64,000 nucleotides of DNA from the human T2T-CHM13v2.0 reference genome, Homo sapiens: NCBI RefSeq assembly GCF_009914755.1, contig NC_060938.1. The stretch is one strand, 5' to 3'. Position 1 is the first letter of the stretch. Every line of letters begins with the position of its first letter. Below the pieces are notes generated by a model. It was not told the DNA's origin, did not search any database, and saw nothing but the letters and a program-made list of their open reading frames with translations. Position numbers and translations under genes: made by a program. Shown in pieces: positions 1-26,468 of the stretch.

Positions 1-127
1 CTCAATAACATCATTAACTCATAAATTATTGTTTAGTTACAGATTACGAAAATGATAGAACCAGAAGGTGCTAACAAAATGTCTGTCCTGCATGTGTGGC
101 ATTTGACATGAAGAAACTGAGGCCCTT

Positions 128-824
<697 letters not shown>

Positions 825-1328
825 TTATCACTCTGGCAAATTCTCTCCCAGTGATGGAGATGTGTGGAGCCCCCAGTCTCTCCAACCAGGGAGTGGTGCT
901 CATGGTGACCCTGAAGTAGGCTTGTGGGTCAGGCCGTTGGTTGAGCTGTGCAGTGCCAGAAGTAGCTAAACATCCTTAAAGGAACTGCCTAGTTTATCAT
1001 TAGGACTAACCATGGAACCGATGACTCAGCGTTTACTGTTGGCAGTATCATACACTCAACCTGCATGTAGATTTCGTGCATCATATTTTGTGGTTACAGG
1101 AATTTGGCCTGATGGACCCGTTGCAGAAACTCTGTACTAAATAAGCAAACACGTGTGCTCTAGTTTTACAGGCCAAGCAAACTGTGAAACAGAAGGGTTG
1201 GCCTTTCTTGCCCTTAGCAGTCATACCTTGGACTTTTGCCACTTGGTTGGGTTGCTTTATTTGGCTAAGTAACTAAAAGCAGATTTACTTTGAAGAATGA
1301 GGTTCTCAAATATTCTAGAACTCTCTAA

Positions 1329-5008
<3,680 letters not shown>

Positions 5009-5219
5009 TGAGTACAACAGATGGAAAGGCTTGTCTTCTCTGAACTGAAAGGAAAAGAGGAAAACCCCCTCCCTTGGGTGTGAGCCTGCTTGCTTGTTTC
5101 TGCGTCACGGGAACAACCTCAGCTGTTCCCCATGGTGTGATGAGCACTGCCTGCTCATGCAGGCCTTGCCGGGCCCATGAAGGATGAAGGCAGCCTCTCC
5201 CCTGCAAGGTTCTTTCCTA

Positions 5220-6122
<903 letters not shown>

Positions 6123-6853
6123 CCTGCGAGAGAGACTTTCTGATGCTCCTTCTCTGCCCTGTGCTCCCATCTCATCTGCCAACTTTGCGCTTTGGCTGCC
6201 CTGCTGTCCGTCCCCGACCTGCAGCCCTACTAGCTTCCTAAAAGGCAAGTTTCACAAATCACTCACTGCTCAGTACCTTCTGTGATTTCCTGAGGCTCCG
6301 GGATAAATCCAAATTTCTTCACATGACAGGTGGGTCCCCATGAGCCAGCCGCTGCTTTCCTTTCCAGACCCAGCTCCCGCCACCTCCTGCCTTGTGTCAG
6401 GCTCTGCAGCACGGACAGCTGGTCCCCCCAGTACCTCCCTGCCTTGCTCCTGCTGGCCCCTGGGCCTAGAGGGCCTTCTCCCTCCCCAGCCTGCTTCTAG
6501 TCTGACCCCTACTCTCCTTTTAGACTCAGCCCCTTCTCCTCCACCCTGAGTCCACAGGCCCCGGAGCGCTAAGCACATGGTGTTATAGTTAACTATTTAC
6601 TTTTCTATCTTTTCCTGGAAGACAGACACGATGGTAGATGGTAATTATGCGTTTAATGTCTGTCTCCTGGGACGGTAAACCCCTGTGAGTGTGGGCTGTG
6701 ACTGTCTTATTCACCACTGTGTTTTTGGCACGGGGCCCAGAGTAATAAACATGGGTAACACTTCCACAGCGCTAACTGTGAACCGGCCAGAAGTGTCCTG
6801 AGAGCCTTACATGAGTTTACAACTTTAACCCTTACCACCACTCAGTGAGGTAC

Positions 6854-6970
6854 TGTGATATTATGAGATATGTATTTGGTCTTCCTCTGGTTTCCTGGCA
6901 TACAACTTCTAAAATCCTTGGAATCTCCAAAGAGATAAACGTGTTTTTATAGGCTAGAGAGTTGACTGAT

Positions 6971-6972
<2 letters not shown>
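6854..6972 (+). mobile_element. MER21-like LTR 5' fragment
   Basis: Similar to the start of the 25251 element ('ttcctggc...aact.ctaaaat.cttggaa.ctccaaa'). Confidence 0.5.
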
Positions 6973-7875
<903 letters not shown>

Positions 7876-8456
7876 TGTTTCTAAATCATTTCTTTTACAA
7901 ACAGTGCTGCTGTGTACTCAGTCACTGTTTGAGCACATCTGTAGGATACAGTCCTAGGATTGGATTGCTTGGGTAAACAGAGAAATTACTTTCTAAAGGT
8001 GGAATTTCAGAAATCTGTGACAAGCATACATGAGATATTTTTACACTGAAGTTTGGGGCTTGTCAGATCTGGCTAGGGGTTGACTGTCTGTGGGGCTCCT
8101 CTCTGATATATTTGATGTTAGGGAATGATGTTTCTGGGTTTGATAGTTTGTTCTCTAAAGAGAAAAGAGAGAGCTCAGAGCAGAAAGGTAGCTTTTTGGA
8201 TTCTAGCCAGGGCTCACTGATTGGATCTCATCTCACCTCACTTCTAGAGGAAGACCACTCCGGAAAACAAGATACCTGGGCCATGCAGCAGTGGGTTCCC
8301 CAGTGCCCTGATAGAAAGTCTGAGAAGTTCAGGATTCAGTCCCTAAAAGCATATGGGCTGAAGAGGCTCTGGCCCTAAAATCACCTTGTTGGGGATAGTG
8401 GGAAGGTCCCTGTTATTTTTAAAATATACTGAGGATGTGATTCCTAACACCACAAA

Positions 8457-8802
8457 ATGGGTGGGTGGGTGAATGGATGAATGGCTGGGTGAATGGATAG
8501 ATGGATGAATGAATGGGTGAGTGGGTGGATGGATGGATGGATGGATGGATGGATGAATGGGTGGATGGATGGATGGATGGGTGGATGGATGGATGGATGG
8601 ATGGATGGATGGATGGATGGATGAATGGGTGGATGGATAGATGGATGGATGGGTGGATAGATGGATGGATGAATGAATGGGTGGATGGATGGATGGGTGG
8701 ATGGATGGATGGATGGATGGATGAATGAATGGGTGGATGGATGGATGGATGGGTGGGTGGATAGATGGATGGATGAATGGGTGGATGGATGGATGGATGG
8801 AT
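8457..8802. repeat. (TGGA)n microsatellite with TGAA/TGGG/TAGA variants, ~345 bp
   Basis: Directly visible. Confidence 0.97.
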
Positions 8803-9108
8803 ACATACATAGATTCATACATATAGAAAGGTAAATAGTGATCAAACAAACATGAACTTAGACCTGCTTTATTATTAGGTAACTTCTTTGAGCTCGTTGG
8901 ACCTCAGTTTCTGTCTGTAATAGGATTAACAATGCCTTTTTTGTGTGTGGGACTATAGTGACAAACTAACAGATGATGTACGTAAACGCCCTAGCATGGT
9001 CCTGGCACACTGTGGGTCACCATATATGGTGGTAGTTGCTATCATTTACTGTGAGTGGGCATTCTCTGATTGGTGTATATTGAAGGCATTTTTTTTTTGA
9101 CTTTGCAG

Positions 9109-9160
9109 GAGCCAAGTTACACCCTGTTTAACCCTGCCTTCAAAGGGACGACTCTGTAAG
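9109..9160 (+). other. DGLUCY: Candidate non-coding 5'UTR exon of DGLUCY (52 nt)
   Basis: Poly-T tract + ctttgcAG acceptor (9108) and AAG|GTAGGG donor (9161). Splicing to 11735 puts an in-frame TAA (9157-9159) upstream of the ATG. Confidence 0.65.
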
Positions 9161-10301
9161 GTAGGGGCTCTCAGCCTTCTTTTCCTCCCAGCATGCACGG
9201 TGGGTGACACTGGGGTGCCTGGCACACTCCCAGCATGCATTTCACAGGGCAGGATTTCTGGCAACACTCATTTCTCTCCAGGCCAGGAAAGCAACCTAGA
9301 AATCAACTTACATTTACATTAAAACAGTACATAAATAAAGGAAAGAGAAGGCAATAACCCTCAGACTTTGGTCTCCTGGCTAAAATGTATTTGCAAAACA
9401 GCACACAGCTTGCACCTGCTGCCCTCTAGGGTAATAATGAGGGTGGGTGGAGGTACCTGTGGGGTGGCCCATTCCAGTGGGTTTGGGCAAATGAGGACGG
9501 TTATCAGAGGAGTGGCTGCTATTCCCCACAAGGTTATGGAAAGCTTCTCTCTTTGGCCTTTGCTGTGTGCCAGGCAGAGGTGCTAGGTCCTCTCTGCAGT
9601 GTGCAGTGACCCTGGGGAACCACAGACATTCAGGACCCTGGCTGGTAGCTCAGTTGCTTGGCTAAGGTGGTCAGGCTTGCCAGGCCCAGGCGTTAGGCAA
9701 GCCCAGGCCTGACCTGCCAAAGCAGCTGCTTTAAGCCTCAGAATCTTCACTGGGCAATGGAATCCTACCTCACCTGACTCCTCCCAGCACCCCCTCCCAC
9801 TAGCCTGCGGGGACTAAGTGTTCTCTCCCCTGTGTCCCCACAGCACTTTGTTCCCACAGCTATTAAAGTACTCACTGTTGGCTCTAAGTACATCTCTCCT
9901 CCTTCCAAAGCAATATTCTTTTTGTTTTGTTTGCTAGAGATTTCATGTAATCTCAAATTCTTTGTTAAAATGGCCCTGGGGTTTACATTATTTTCTATCT
10001 AGGAGATTAGAGTTGAAAACATAAATTGGTGGTTTGGAATTCCACTGAGTTCTTCTCTTTAGATAGAATTGTGGAAAGTCAGGCTTGTCCAGAACCCTCA
10101 CTATGGGCACTGTCCTTGAATCCTGCTCTCATTCATTCTGCAGTCAGCTAGTCATCCAACAAACACTTACTGAACTCCCACCTTTGTGCCACTATGCTAG
10201 GCACTGGGTATATTTGGATGAAAAGGACCTTGGCTATGCTTTAGAGACCAACACAATGTGGTTATCTAGCTCTAGATTTTGTTGACATACTAAAACCTAT
10301 C

Positions 10302-10940
<639 letters not shown>

Positions 10941-11763
10941 AGAAGTCAACTTACAGGATTCCTTTCTGAGCACAATTTCCTAGAGATTTGAGACCACCTC
11001 TATTTTTTAAAAATCATATTTTTTAGCTTTTAATTGTGATTTAAAAAACACATTCTACTTTTAAAAATCTACAATATCTATTTACTCACCAAAGATTGTA
11101 TAAGGCACTGTGCCTAGAGTGGGGTTAGGGGAAGGACAAAGAAGAAAACACAAAGTCCCTATACCTTCTAGAAACCTAAATCTAAATAAGGGAAGTCACA
11201 TGTCGACAGAAACTCGGCCTCTTATTTCACTTGCGATTGCGGTGGTATTCATTCGTCTGTTCATTCAACTGTGTGTATTTTGGGCACGTGCTATGTGCAT
11301 AGGCTGTGATGGGTGCTCTGGAGCCTGTGGAAGAAGTCTCACATGTGTCCCTGCCCTCGAGGCCCTAGGGAGAGAAGGGAGTTCAGAGTCAAGTAGAATA
11401 ATAGGCCACGGTGCCTCCTGGCCAAGGAGCCCAGCACCAGCCTTTTGGAGAAGACTCTGCAGCTCCCGAGGAATGGAAAGCTGTTAGGGAAGGGAAGGGG
11501 GACGTTCCAGGCCAAGGGAGGGGCACAGGGAAGTTTGCGTTAGGAATTTCTCATCAGAAAAGGAGATGTGACGGGGGAGAATGGATTCCAAACAATGCCC
11601 ACCACAAGGCAGGCCCAGGAACAGGGCCAGGAAAGGGTAGGATGTGATGTGGTATGTGAAGCTATGTGAGGCTGAATCTGCTGCCTTCAGGGGGCCACAC
11701 TTTCTAATTTGTTCCCTTTCCTTCCCTCACCCAGATTCTCTGCTACTTATTCAAGTTGACACG

Positions 11764-11866
11764 ATGCCCTTCACACTCCACCTGAGGTCCCGCCTTCCCT
11801 CTGCCATAAGGAGTTTGATTCTACAAAAGAAACCAAACATCAGAAATACATCCAGCATGGCTGGAG
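11764..11866 (+). CDS. DGLUCY: DGLUCY first coding exon (exon begins 11735); aa 1-34, mitochondrial presequence-like MPFTLHLRSRLPSAIRSLILQKKPNIRNTSSMAG
   Basis: Pyrimidine tract + ccAG at 11734; ATG at 11764; GAG|GTAAGT donor, phase 1. The peptide matches my recall of the human DGLUCY N-terminus. Confidence 0.93.
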
Positions 11867-12535
11867 GTAAGTGGTGCCAGATAGTTAAAAAAAAAAAAAA
11901 AAAAAAAAAGAAAGTTCCTGGGAATTACCAGCTGTGTAGGGCCCACAAACTCCTAAGACTTCTAGATTCTGCATAGGAAACAGAAAGTAAGAGCAGAATG
12001 ATATTAGCTCTGGTCACTATTTAACTGCTCAGAAGAAACTGGAACCTTGGATTAGACTCAAGGTATGGAAACCCATCAGATGGGTCTAATGACACCCAGT
12101 TCTGCTTGGTCACCTCAGCCCCATATGGAGAACCACCAGTGGGCTCAGGTGATGAAAAGGGTTGTCCCTTCTGGGAAAAGTGCCCCCAGGTTACACTGCA
12201 GTTTAACCAGATTTTGATTCAGACCAATTCTTCCTACCCTTGACTGGTCTTATTCTCTGGTGGCACCCATTTCCCTACTGTCTCCTGGGAGTGATACTGA
12301 AGGCTCTAAAAGGTCCTGCAAGAGAAAACAGATACCAAATTTGTCATTGACCTAAGTCCAAGCAAAATTTCACATTAAAAAAGACTCGTCTGGTTATGGT
12401 ATAAGTGCCCAAGGAAAAACCATCAGCACCATCTAAAGTACTAGAGCAAGACCATTTTCCTTTAGTTTATTAATATGTCTGGCCTCTGTTGCTCTATATG
12501 GGCTAACAGAGTTAACTGTTGTATAACAAGGCACT

Positions 12536-12838
12536 CTTTTTTGTTGTTGTTGAGACGTAGTCTCGCTCTGTCGCCCAGGCTGGAGTGCAGTGATGCGATC
12601 TGGGCTCACTGCAAGCTCCGCCTCCCAGATTTGGGTTCATGCCATTCTCCTGCCTCAGCTTCCCAGTAGCTGGGACTACAGGCGCCCGCCACCATGCCCA
12701 GCTAATTTTTTGTATTTTTAGTAGAGACGGGGTTTCACCGTGTTAGCCAGGATGGTCTCCATCTCCTGACCTCGTGATCCGCTCACCTTGGCCTCCCAAA
12801 GTGCTGGAGTTACAGGTGTGAGCCACCGCACCAGGCCC
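12536..12838 (-). mobile_element. AluY-like element
   Basis: 'caagctccgcc', 'ccgtgttagccaggatgg'; degenerate TSD aacaa(g/a)gcactctt. Confidence 0.88.
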
Positions 12839-13242
12839 AACAAAGCACTCTTAAACTTAGTGGCTTAAAACCATTAATCTCACAATTCTGCAATCAAGGT
12901 TGGTCTTAGCAGGGCGCTTCTTCTGTTCCATGTGGTGTCTGTTGGGGATAGACCATCCAAGATGGCTTCTTCCTGACATGTCTGGCATCCAGTGGGACAT
13001 CTGAGACTGGCTGAACATTTCTTCTCCATGAAGCCTCTTCAATAGTGGTCGCCAAACTTCTTTACATGGGACGCCATGAGACAGATTCCAAGAGAATAAG
13101 TCCTAATGCCCAAACGCATACCAAGCTTCTGCTTGCATCACACTTACTAATGTCCCATTGGCGAAAGCAAATCACAGGGCCAAGGCCAGAGTCAATAGGG
13201 AAGGGGCTACAATGGGGTGTGAATACTGGGGAGCATAGTTTA

Positions 13243-13340
13243 TATAAATTGGTGCAAAAGTAATTGCGATTTTTGCCATTTTTTTTTTTTTTTTAAATAA
13301 AAGTAATGGCAAAAACTGCAATTACTTTTGCACTACCTAA
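13243..13340. mobile_element. MADE1 (Hsmar1-derived MITE) with a poly-T-expanded loop
   Basis: TTGGTGCAAAAGTAATTGCGATTTTTGCCATT ... AATGGCAAAAACTGCAATTACTTTTGCACTACCTAA inverted arms in a TA context. Confidence 0.9.
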
Positions 13341-14078
13341 TATATACAGAGAGAGCCACCAAGGTATTAGTCTACAGCAACCTGTTATATACGAGCAGCG
13401 AACACCAGCTTAACCCCAGGTTGACGACTGCTTGCTAGGACCCTGGGAGGCAACAGAGCAGAGCAGCCAGGGTCTTGGAGCCTGGAGGGAGACAGCCTGA
13501 GTATGAGTCCCAGCTTCGCTCTTTACTAGCAAACTGTGACCTTTCTAAGCCTCACCTACACAATGAAAGTAGCAGCAGAACCTTCCCAGTGGGACTGTCG
13601 GGAGGGGCACCTGAGCTGTTCCCCGCTGCCGTGAAATGCTCCTCAAGGAGAGAAGCTCATTTTACCAAACAGCTGGGAAACTCCAGCTTGGAGCTGTCTT
13701 CTGGGGGCTTTCAATCAAATTAGAAATGTTAAAGGGTGTTTTTTCCTCTCTCTTGTCATTAAGTTAAAAAAAATGATTTTGAGGTAAAAGGACTCAGAGA
13801 AATCACTCAGTTTATCTACAAAGAAAAGTGTTACTGCCTTCCATGGAGCCCAAGGCAGCTGGGGGATGCACAAATCACATTAGACCATAAAGTATCCTCC
13901 AAAAAGGTGAGGCCTCCAGAGTCCACCATCCTCTCCAGAAAGAGACCATGAAGGCTTCTATTCTGTGTCCTGTTACTAATGGGGACAACTTGGGGACTTT
14001 TCTGTTCATCTCCAGCTGTGGAGATGAACAAAACCAAAACAAAACCTGCAAAGTTCATTTAATTAAAAAGGAAACAAA

Positions 14079-15724
<1,646 letters not shown>

Positions 15725-15864
15725 TAATTATGTTTTTCTTTGGTATGGTCTTAATTTTAGAATATTGAGAAAAGCACAGAGAAGCAAATGACAAGTATGC
15801 ACAGCTCTGTCACCTGGAGACAACCGTGATTAACTTGTAATGTCCTTACTGGTTCTAGTAGATG

Positions 15865-16555
15865 TTCTTTGGTGTCTGCACATTCAAGGGTTAGATATTT
15901 ATTGTAGTCTTTGCTATCTGGGCTTATTTGTAGTCCTCTGTTTTGGGAAGGCTTTCCAGTTATTTGAAAGGATTTGGGTGTTGTGATCTAAGCTGTTTCT
16001 GCTTTAGGGGGCACCTCAAGCCCAGTAACGCCGTCATTCTTGCAGACTTAGTACAGGTATGGGTTTGATGGTCTTGGAGAAGATCTAGGAGCATTCTCTG
16101 GTTTACCAGGCAGAGACCCTTGTTCTCTTCCCTTACTTTCTCCCAAAGAGTCTCTCTCTCTCTCTGTCTCTGTTTGGAACCACCTAAAGCTGGGGGTGGA
16201 ATGACACAATCACCCCTGTAGCCACCACCACTGTGACTGTGCTGGGCCAGACCTGAAGCCAGCACAGCACTGGGTCTTGCCCAAGTCCTGCTGTAACCAC
16301 TCCCTGGCAACTGCCTATGTTTGCTCAAGGCCATGGGGCTCTGCAATTAGCTGGTAGCAAAACCAGCCAGGCCTGTGTCCTTCCCTGCAGGGTGGTGAGT
16401 TCCCCCAGGCCCTGGGTGAGTCCAGAAGAGCCGTCTGGGAGTCAGGGACTACAGCCAAAAACCTTAGATGCCTACCTGGTGTTCTGTTGTATTGTGGCTG
16501 AGCTGGCACTCAAATTACAAGACACAGTCCTTTCCACTCTTCCCTCCCCTTTCCT
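15865..16555 (-). mobile_element. Old L1 (L1M/L1MA-type) 5'-region fragment
   Basis: 'gggaaggctttccag...gggtgttgtgatctaag...agcccagtaacgc' resembles the antisense L1M 5' sequence; subfamily uncertain. Confidence 0.6.
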
Positions 16556-17049
16556 TCTAGTTCTTTCACTCACTGACTTTATAAAAAGGAGAATATGTCC
16601 AACACATTGTTTCATTACCTAGTATAGTTCCTTTAATGACACATAACAAACATCTTTTAACATAACCGTTACGTGTTTCTTCTGTAACCGTAATTTTAAA
16701 CATCTACACAGGATTTCATTGAACAGTAACTTTAGTCCCTGCTTCCTGAACACCGAGGTGCTCAATAACTTACATACATTACCTCCCTGAGGTCTCTTGG
16801 AGGTAGGTATGGTTGCTGCCATCTTATAGATGGGGAAGCTGAGGCTGAGACATGCAAAGCCACAGCCTGGGTTCACACAGCTGGTCAGAGACAGGATCAG
16901 GATTCAAGCCCAGGTGTGTTTACCACCAAAGCCAAAGGACTTCCATTGCGGAGGAAGGCTGGCTGCCCCAGAGGAGGCTACAGCATGTAATAGGAGGTCT
17001 TCTCCTGTAGCTCTGTGAACACTGTGAGCCAGCTCAGGCAAGAATCTGC

Positions 17050-21176
<4,127 letters not shown>

Positions 21177-21468
21177 CCATTTACTTTTCTCGGTGGTTTG
21201 GCTTGTTTTGGCTTGCGGGTATAGGAGACACACTGGGTGGGAGGTGGGGGTACGTTCTATACGTGCTGATTTAATCGTTTCCGATCTGGGGACATTTGAA
21301 GGATGCCAGCAAGGCCCCCTGCTGAAAACTATGCTCCCTACCCTGGTGCCAGGGCTGAAAATTTCAGCACTAGACATCCTCTTCTCTCTCCGCAGTCCTT
21401 CTATAATGTATTATCAGGGGCCACAGTGAGAGTCTGGGGCCCTCCCAGCTTTCCCCTTATGTCCCCAG

Positions 21469-21667
21469 GATGGGCCATCCCCAGTTCTGGAAATACGAGT
21501 TCGGTGCCTGCACCGGCAGCCTGGCTTCGCTGGAGCAGTACTCGGAGCAGCTGAAGGACATGGTGGCCTTCTTCCTGGGCTGCAGCTTCTCCCTGGAGGA
21601 GGCCTTGGAGAAAGCGGGGCTCCCCAGAAGAGACCCAGCAGGTCACAGCCAGGCGGGTGCATACAAG
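21469..21667 (+). CDS. DGLUCY: DGLUCY coding exon 3 (MGHPQFWKY...FFLGCSFSLEEAL...GHSQAGAYK)
   Basis: ccccAG acceptor, AAG|GTAGGG donor, 199 nt, phase 2 to 0. GCSFSxE motif typical of DUF1445. Possible alternative GC donor after 21652. Confidence 0.93.
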
Positions 21668-23468
21668 GTAGGGACACAGCCCACAGCCCACAAGGGCAGA
21701 ATGGCCTGAAGATGCAGATCAACTTACATATTCCTGGGGTGGGGAGAACATGGGCACGGGAGGTGGAAAACCTAAGCTCCAGCCCCAGCTCAGCCATTTC
21801 TAGCTGTGCAACCCAGGAGAAATGATCAATCTCTCTGAGCCAGCCTCGGTCCCACTCACCTCTGGGACCACTGTGAGCACCCAGTGTGGCCCTTCTTCAT
21901 GGTTCAGTGCTGTAAACCAAACCTGCTTGGGATTTCTCTGGCTCCTTTAACTTCAGGCACCTCAGCGAGATTTTTAAAAATCCTCCCTGGCTCCGGTGAG
22001 CCTCAGCCAGGGGGAATGAGCCTGGCTCTCTCAATACCCAGGGATTTGTGGCAGAGCCTCGGCCAGGCAGTAGCTCCTGGGTCAGGTCTCTGTCCAGAAA
22101 GCTGGGTCATGTTCTTGGCCGGAGGTGGCCTCTGGCAGTCACAAACACAGCACAGCCGGCGTCTCTGGGACGTGCCTGCTGTGCCTCTCCCAGCCCCTAC
22201 TTGTCAAGGTGAGTGCACTCGATTCCCTGGTTCCACAGACCCTTCCTGGACATCTGTTGGTAAAGTCTGAGAGTTCACTCTGCTCCATCAGTGGTCAGCC
22301 AGCATAAACAGCCAGGCTCCAGGTTTCTTTATTTATGGAGGACTTGGATCAGAGATTTTGTCTTGGACTCTGGGACATTTATTAAAATGTCTTGGTTTGG
22401 GCTCCTGCCAGAGAGGCCCCAGCTGCCTCTGATCAGCAACAAAGCTGCCCATAGTCTGTGCTGCCTTCATGGGTGAAGTGTGCCCGAGCGGTTCTCTTGA
22501 AGCTAGGGAAGGGTGGGGATGGGACCCCAGCCACTGGCAGGCACCCATGGCAGTCTCTGGCTCTGGAACACAGCACCCTTTGTAGGAGGTGGGAGCTGAG
22601 AGGGCCCCATGGCTCGTCACATGCAGATTCTCATTTTAGATGAGGAAACCGAGGTCTAAAGAGAGAAAAGGACTTGCCCAAGTCCCAAAGCCAGATGGGA
22701 ACCTGGAACCCCTGGCTCCCATCTGTACAATGTCAATAACAGAGATGTGACAATTAAATGATGCTTTGCAGTCACAGGGTCTGCTGATATGGCAACTGTT
22801 TGTTGCCTACAAAGGTGCAAGTAAGTGTCCACAGTAAGTGCTCAACAGGGCTTCACTGACCCCGATGCTTATCAAATAGCTTTCAGTCTAATATCGACAC
22901 CTCTGCCCCTGGGCTCCAGGGAGAGATGGCCAGACAGCCATCTGGGATTCCATTGGCCACCCCCAGACGGGATGTGTCTCAGCCTTGGGGAGGGCTGCCT
23001 GGCTCTGCCAGTGGCTCCAGCATGTCCCCTCTCCTGGGTGCTATTATGCAGACACTGCTGGCAGCCACACCGAGGTTCCATCCTGCTGCCGCCAGGGTGG
23101 TGATAGCAAGCTCTTTAGGTGGTGGCCAAGACTGTCACAGTGGATTATAGTCCTGGCCATGTCCTAAATCTTTCATAAGCTCTATTGCAGGCACCAGAAA
23201 CCATTCAGGAGGTGGGGTGGGGGAGCGAAACACCAATAAAAGTCACACAGATCAAACCGGGCAACATCTGTTAAGGCAGGAGGCACCAGGCCGTGCTCCA
23301 TGGGGTCTGGGGACAGGCTTGTTGCTTGTGTGGATTCAGGAGGCAGAGTGAACACCAGCTCCTCCTGTGATGTTCTCCCTTGCCTCCCTCTGCCCGTGAT
23401 TCACCAGAGGCTGTTTACCTTTGGTCCATGGCCCTTGCAGTCCCTAGAGAAATTCAGAGGCTCCATGA

Positions 23469-24409
<941 letters not shown>

Positions 24410-24754
24410 ACATTTTTCTATTATTTGATAACTGTGCTTGCAGGATAATTGGTTTCCTTTGGAATCCTGTGCATTTTCTTGTATGCAGTTAAAGGCATTA
24501 CTTTGACCAGGGGTCCACAGCTGTACTAGTCTACCAAAGGGGTCCGTGGCACACAAAAAGTTAAGATTCCCTATTTTAAACCAGTAATTAACAGCAAACT
24601 CCCTCTCTCTATGTCACATAAAAATAGAAGCTAATTTCTATAACAGCTACTCCTCCTTCATTTAGCTGCCTTGAACTCTTGGTGCTCAGAGCTTGGATCT
24701 GTGCTAATTCCATTTTTTAACATTTTCACTTGATTTTTTTTTTTTTTTGGTCAG

Positions 24755-24905
24755 ACAACAGTGCCTTGTGTTACCCATGCTGGCTTCTGCTGCCCTCTGG
24801 TGGTCACGATGAGGCCCATTCCCAAGGACAAGCTGGAAGGGCTGGTGCGGGCCTGCTGCTCCCTCGGAGGTGAGCAGGGGCAACCTGTTCACATGGGCGA
24901 CCCAG
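24755..24905 (+). CDS. DGLUCY: DGLUCY coding exon 4 (TTVPC...[10 protein letters not shown]...PVHMGDP)
   Basis: Poly-T + tcAG acceptor, CAG|GTCAGT donor, 151 nt, phase 0 to 1; VVTMRP and PVHxGDP DUF1445-type motifs. Confidence 0.93.
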
Positions 24906-25042
24906 GTCAGTGTCTCTCGCTCCTGCCCATGATCTTCCTGTTCACATGGGCAACCCAGGTCAGTGTCTCTCGCTCCTGCCCATGATCCCCCTGTTCACAT
25001 CGGCGACCCAGGTCAGTGTCTCTCGCTCCTGCCCATGATCCT
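24884..25042 (+). repeat. 3 x 53-bp tandem repeat spanning the exon-4 donor
   Basis: Unit cctgttcacatgggcgacccaggtcagtgtctctcgctcctgcccatgatc(tt) starts at 24884, 24937 and 24990. Confidence 0.97.
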
Positions 25043-25250
25043 GACAGCCTCTCTTGGAGTTGGGCCTAAGAAGCAGACAGGAGTTTGCCACGTTCCTAAG
25101 CTCCCATGGCTTGTCTTTGTTTTTACCAGGGGTCTCCAGGGGCAAAGGCCCTGAACAAGGCTCAAAGGCTCTGGCAGCTGTATCAGGGCTGGGCTTACAG
25201 ATGCCCCTCAGGTTTAAAGGTGCCACCCTTGGCAGAATAGCCAGTCTCAC

Positions 25251-26468
<1,218 letters not shown>

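Noticed and set aside
8343-8849. HPSI-repeat and WMDG-repeat ORFs
   Set aside because: Reading frames of the (TGGA)n microsatellite.
11644-11763. Apparent N-terminal extension of DGLUCY in the ORF track
   Set aside because: Runs through the intron's pyrimidine tract and acceptor at 11734; the spliced UTR has an upstream in-frame stop.
17011-17037. Possible 27-nt poison micro-exon (tcttctcctgtAG ... CAG|GCAAGA, in-frame TGA)
   Set aside because: Needs a GC donor and has a short pyrimidine tract; such matches are common by chance and cannot be supported without RNA data.
24884-25042. CRISPR-like repeat array
   Set aside because: Units are contiguous with no unique spacers; eukaryotic context; no cas genes.
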